A DNA stretch of 52,436 nt, filler included, from Bipalium vagum (lineage: Eukaryota): NCBI GenBank assembly GCA_037834085.1. It is 3 parts of 3 records of this genome, joined end to end, with 100 filler letters (N's around TTAATTAATTAA, not from the genome) between each part and the next. Parts side by side here need not be neighbours in the genome. Positions count along the whole stretch, not along the records: positions 35,620 to 52,436 come from JBBMKC010092483.1; 2 more parts are not named here. One strand, written 5' to 3'. Below, one piece after another: positions 51,375 through 52,436 of this stretch. The translations under genes were made by a program, and so were the position numbers. The stretch's first letter is position 1, and every line of letters starts with the position of its first letter. The notes under the pieces were generated by a model. That model worked only from the letters and a program-made list of their open reading frames with translations, was not told where the DNA came from and did not search any database.

Positions 51375-51720
51375 TTAAGATCCTAAAAGGGTGTAAATAT
51401 ATTGAGCTGTATGTTATGGTCTTAACGGCGAAAGTTAATACCTTAAAGTTAAATTAACTTAACGACTTAGTTACAAAGTATATAATTTTATAAATAATAT
51501 AATTTTTTTACAAAACTTGAGTATCGTCCTTGATTGATATTATTATTATTAAGGGGTTTTATTTATGAAAAATCTTCTCGCTCTTAAGCTCCGAGGTCCT
51601 CAGTAAAGAAAAAAATTATAGCACCGCCCTACTTAGCGTGTGAAAAAAGAACCGAAAAAAAAATCCGAAGAAATGAAAGATAATAAATTAATTGATCCTC
51701 AGGTCCTGGCCTGAGTATTT
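51375..51720 (+). repeat. Dispersed repeat family Z, copy 2
   Basis: Colinear conserved blocks with 13207-13445. Confidence 0.8.
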
Positions 51721-52384
51721 ACTTATTTATTTATAAGAAACTTTGTTTCGTCTAACAAAAAAAGTTTTTTTAACTAAGTTGTATTAGATATTATTATGAA
51801 ATCGAACAAATAAATTTATTATGGAATTGAATTTACATTTAGGTTAGAAACAAGTAAACAACTGTCTTTAATAAATATTAAATTGAATATATAAAATATG
51901 AAAGAAGCCTATTATGCATTACTGCAAGTCAACTTTAAGAAATATTTTTAAAATCATTTGTATTTTATATACAATGTTTCTGATAGACAGTTTTAACTGT
52001 ATATAAATAATGATATTTTAAAAAATCTTTAATCAGAAAAAAGAGTAACATACATGTAAATATCAGTATTAGAACTCATTTCTTTGAATGATTTAATTTA
52101 TTAAATATTGTAATTTCCAAAAAATTCAAACTGTTGAAAGTTATATTTTCGAATTAGAAATACACGGTTACAAAATTTCAAAAGTATTACAAAAACGATA
52201 ACAAACACCAATTACATAAGTCTACCTATAAATCACGAATTAATATAAACATTTAAAAAATTAAATTAAAATAAACCTCTAACAATAAATTAAAAGTAAT
52301 ATTTTTTGGAGTTAAAAATAAAGTAATAATAGTTTTTGGAAAACAATTAAGACAAAATAAATAAACACAAATTTTAAAAATTAA

Positions 52385-52395
52385 ATAATAATAAT

Positions 52396-52436
<41 letters not shown>
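52385..52436. repeat. (AAT)n microsatellite
   Basis: Directly visible. Confidence 0.95.

Overview
Very AT-rich eukaryotic (probably invertebrate animal) genomic scaffold with three assembly gaps. The supplied ORF track is mostly exon pieces and transposon debris. Manual splicing (GT..AG, standard code) gives: a complete 17-exon RAD54B-like SNF2 helicase (+, 3998-17091), a head-to-head CCDC92/CCDC74-like gene (-), a 6-exon SWEET transporter (-, 25016-29371), the 3' part of a claudin/PMP22-like gene (-), an unidentified multi-exon gene (-, ~40065-45770) and a divergent dynein light chain (-, 47097-47423). Most introns are 41-64 nt. The few long introns and the intergenic DNA are filled with decayed DNA transposons (mariner, Tc1/IS630, pogo/Tigger, Merlin/ISXO2) and LTR-like repeats. 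I cannot demonstrate a new biological system. The best leads are an inverted pair of ~870-bp LTR-like repeats bracketing SWEET, with an adjacent segment flipped between copies, and a dispersed repeat with a covarying hairpin. All alignments were done by eye, so TE boundaries are approximate.
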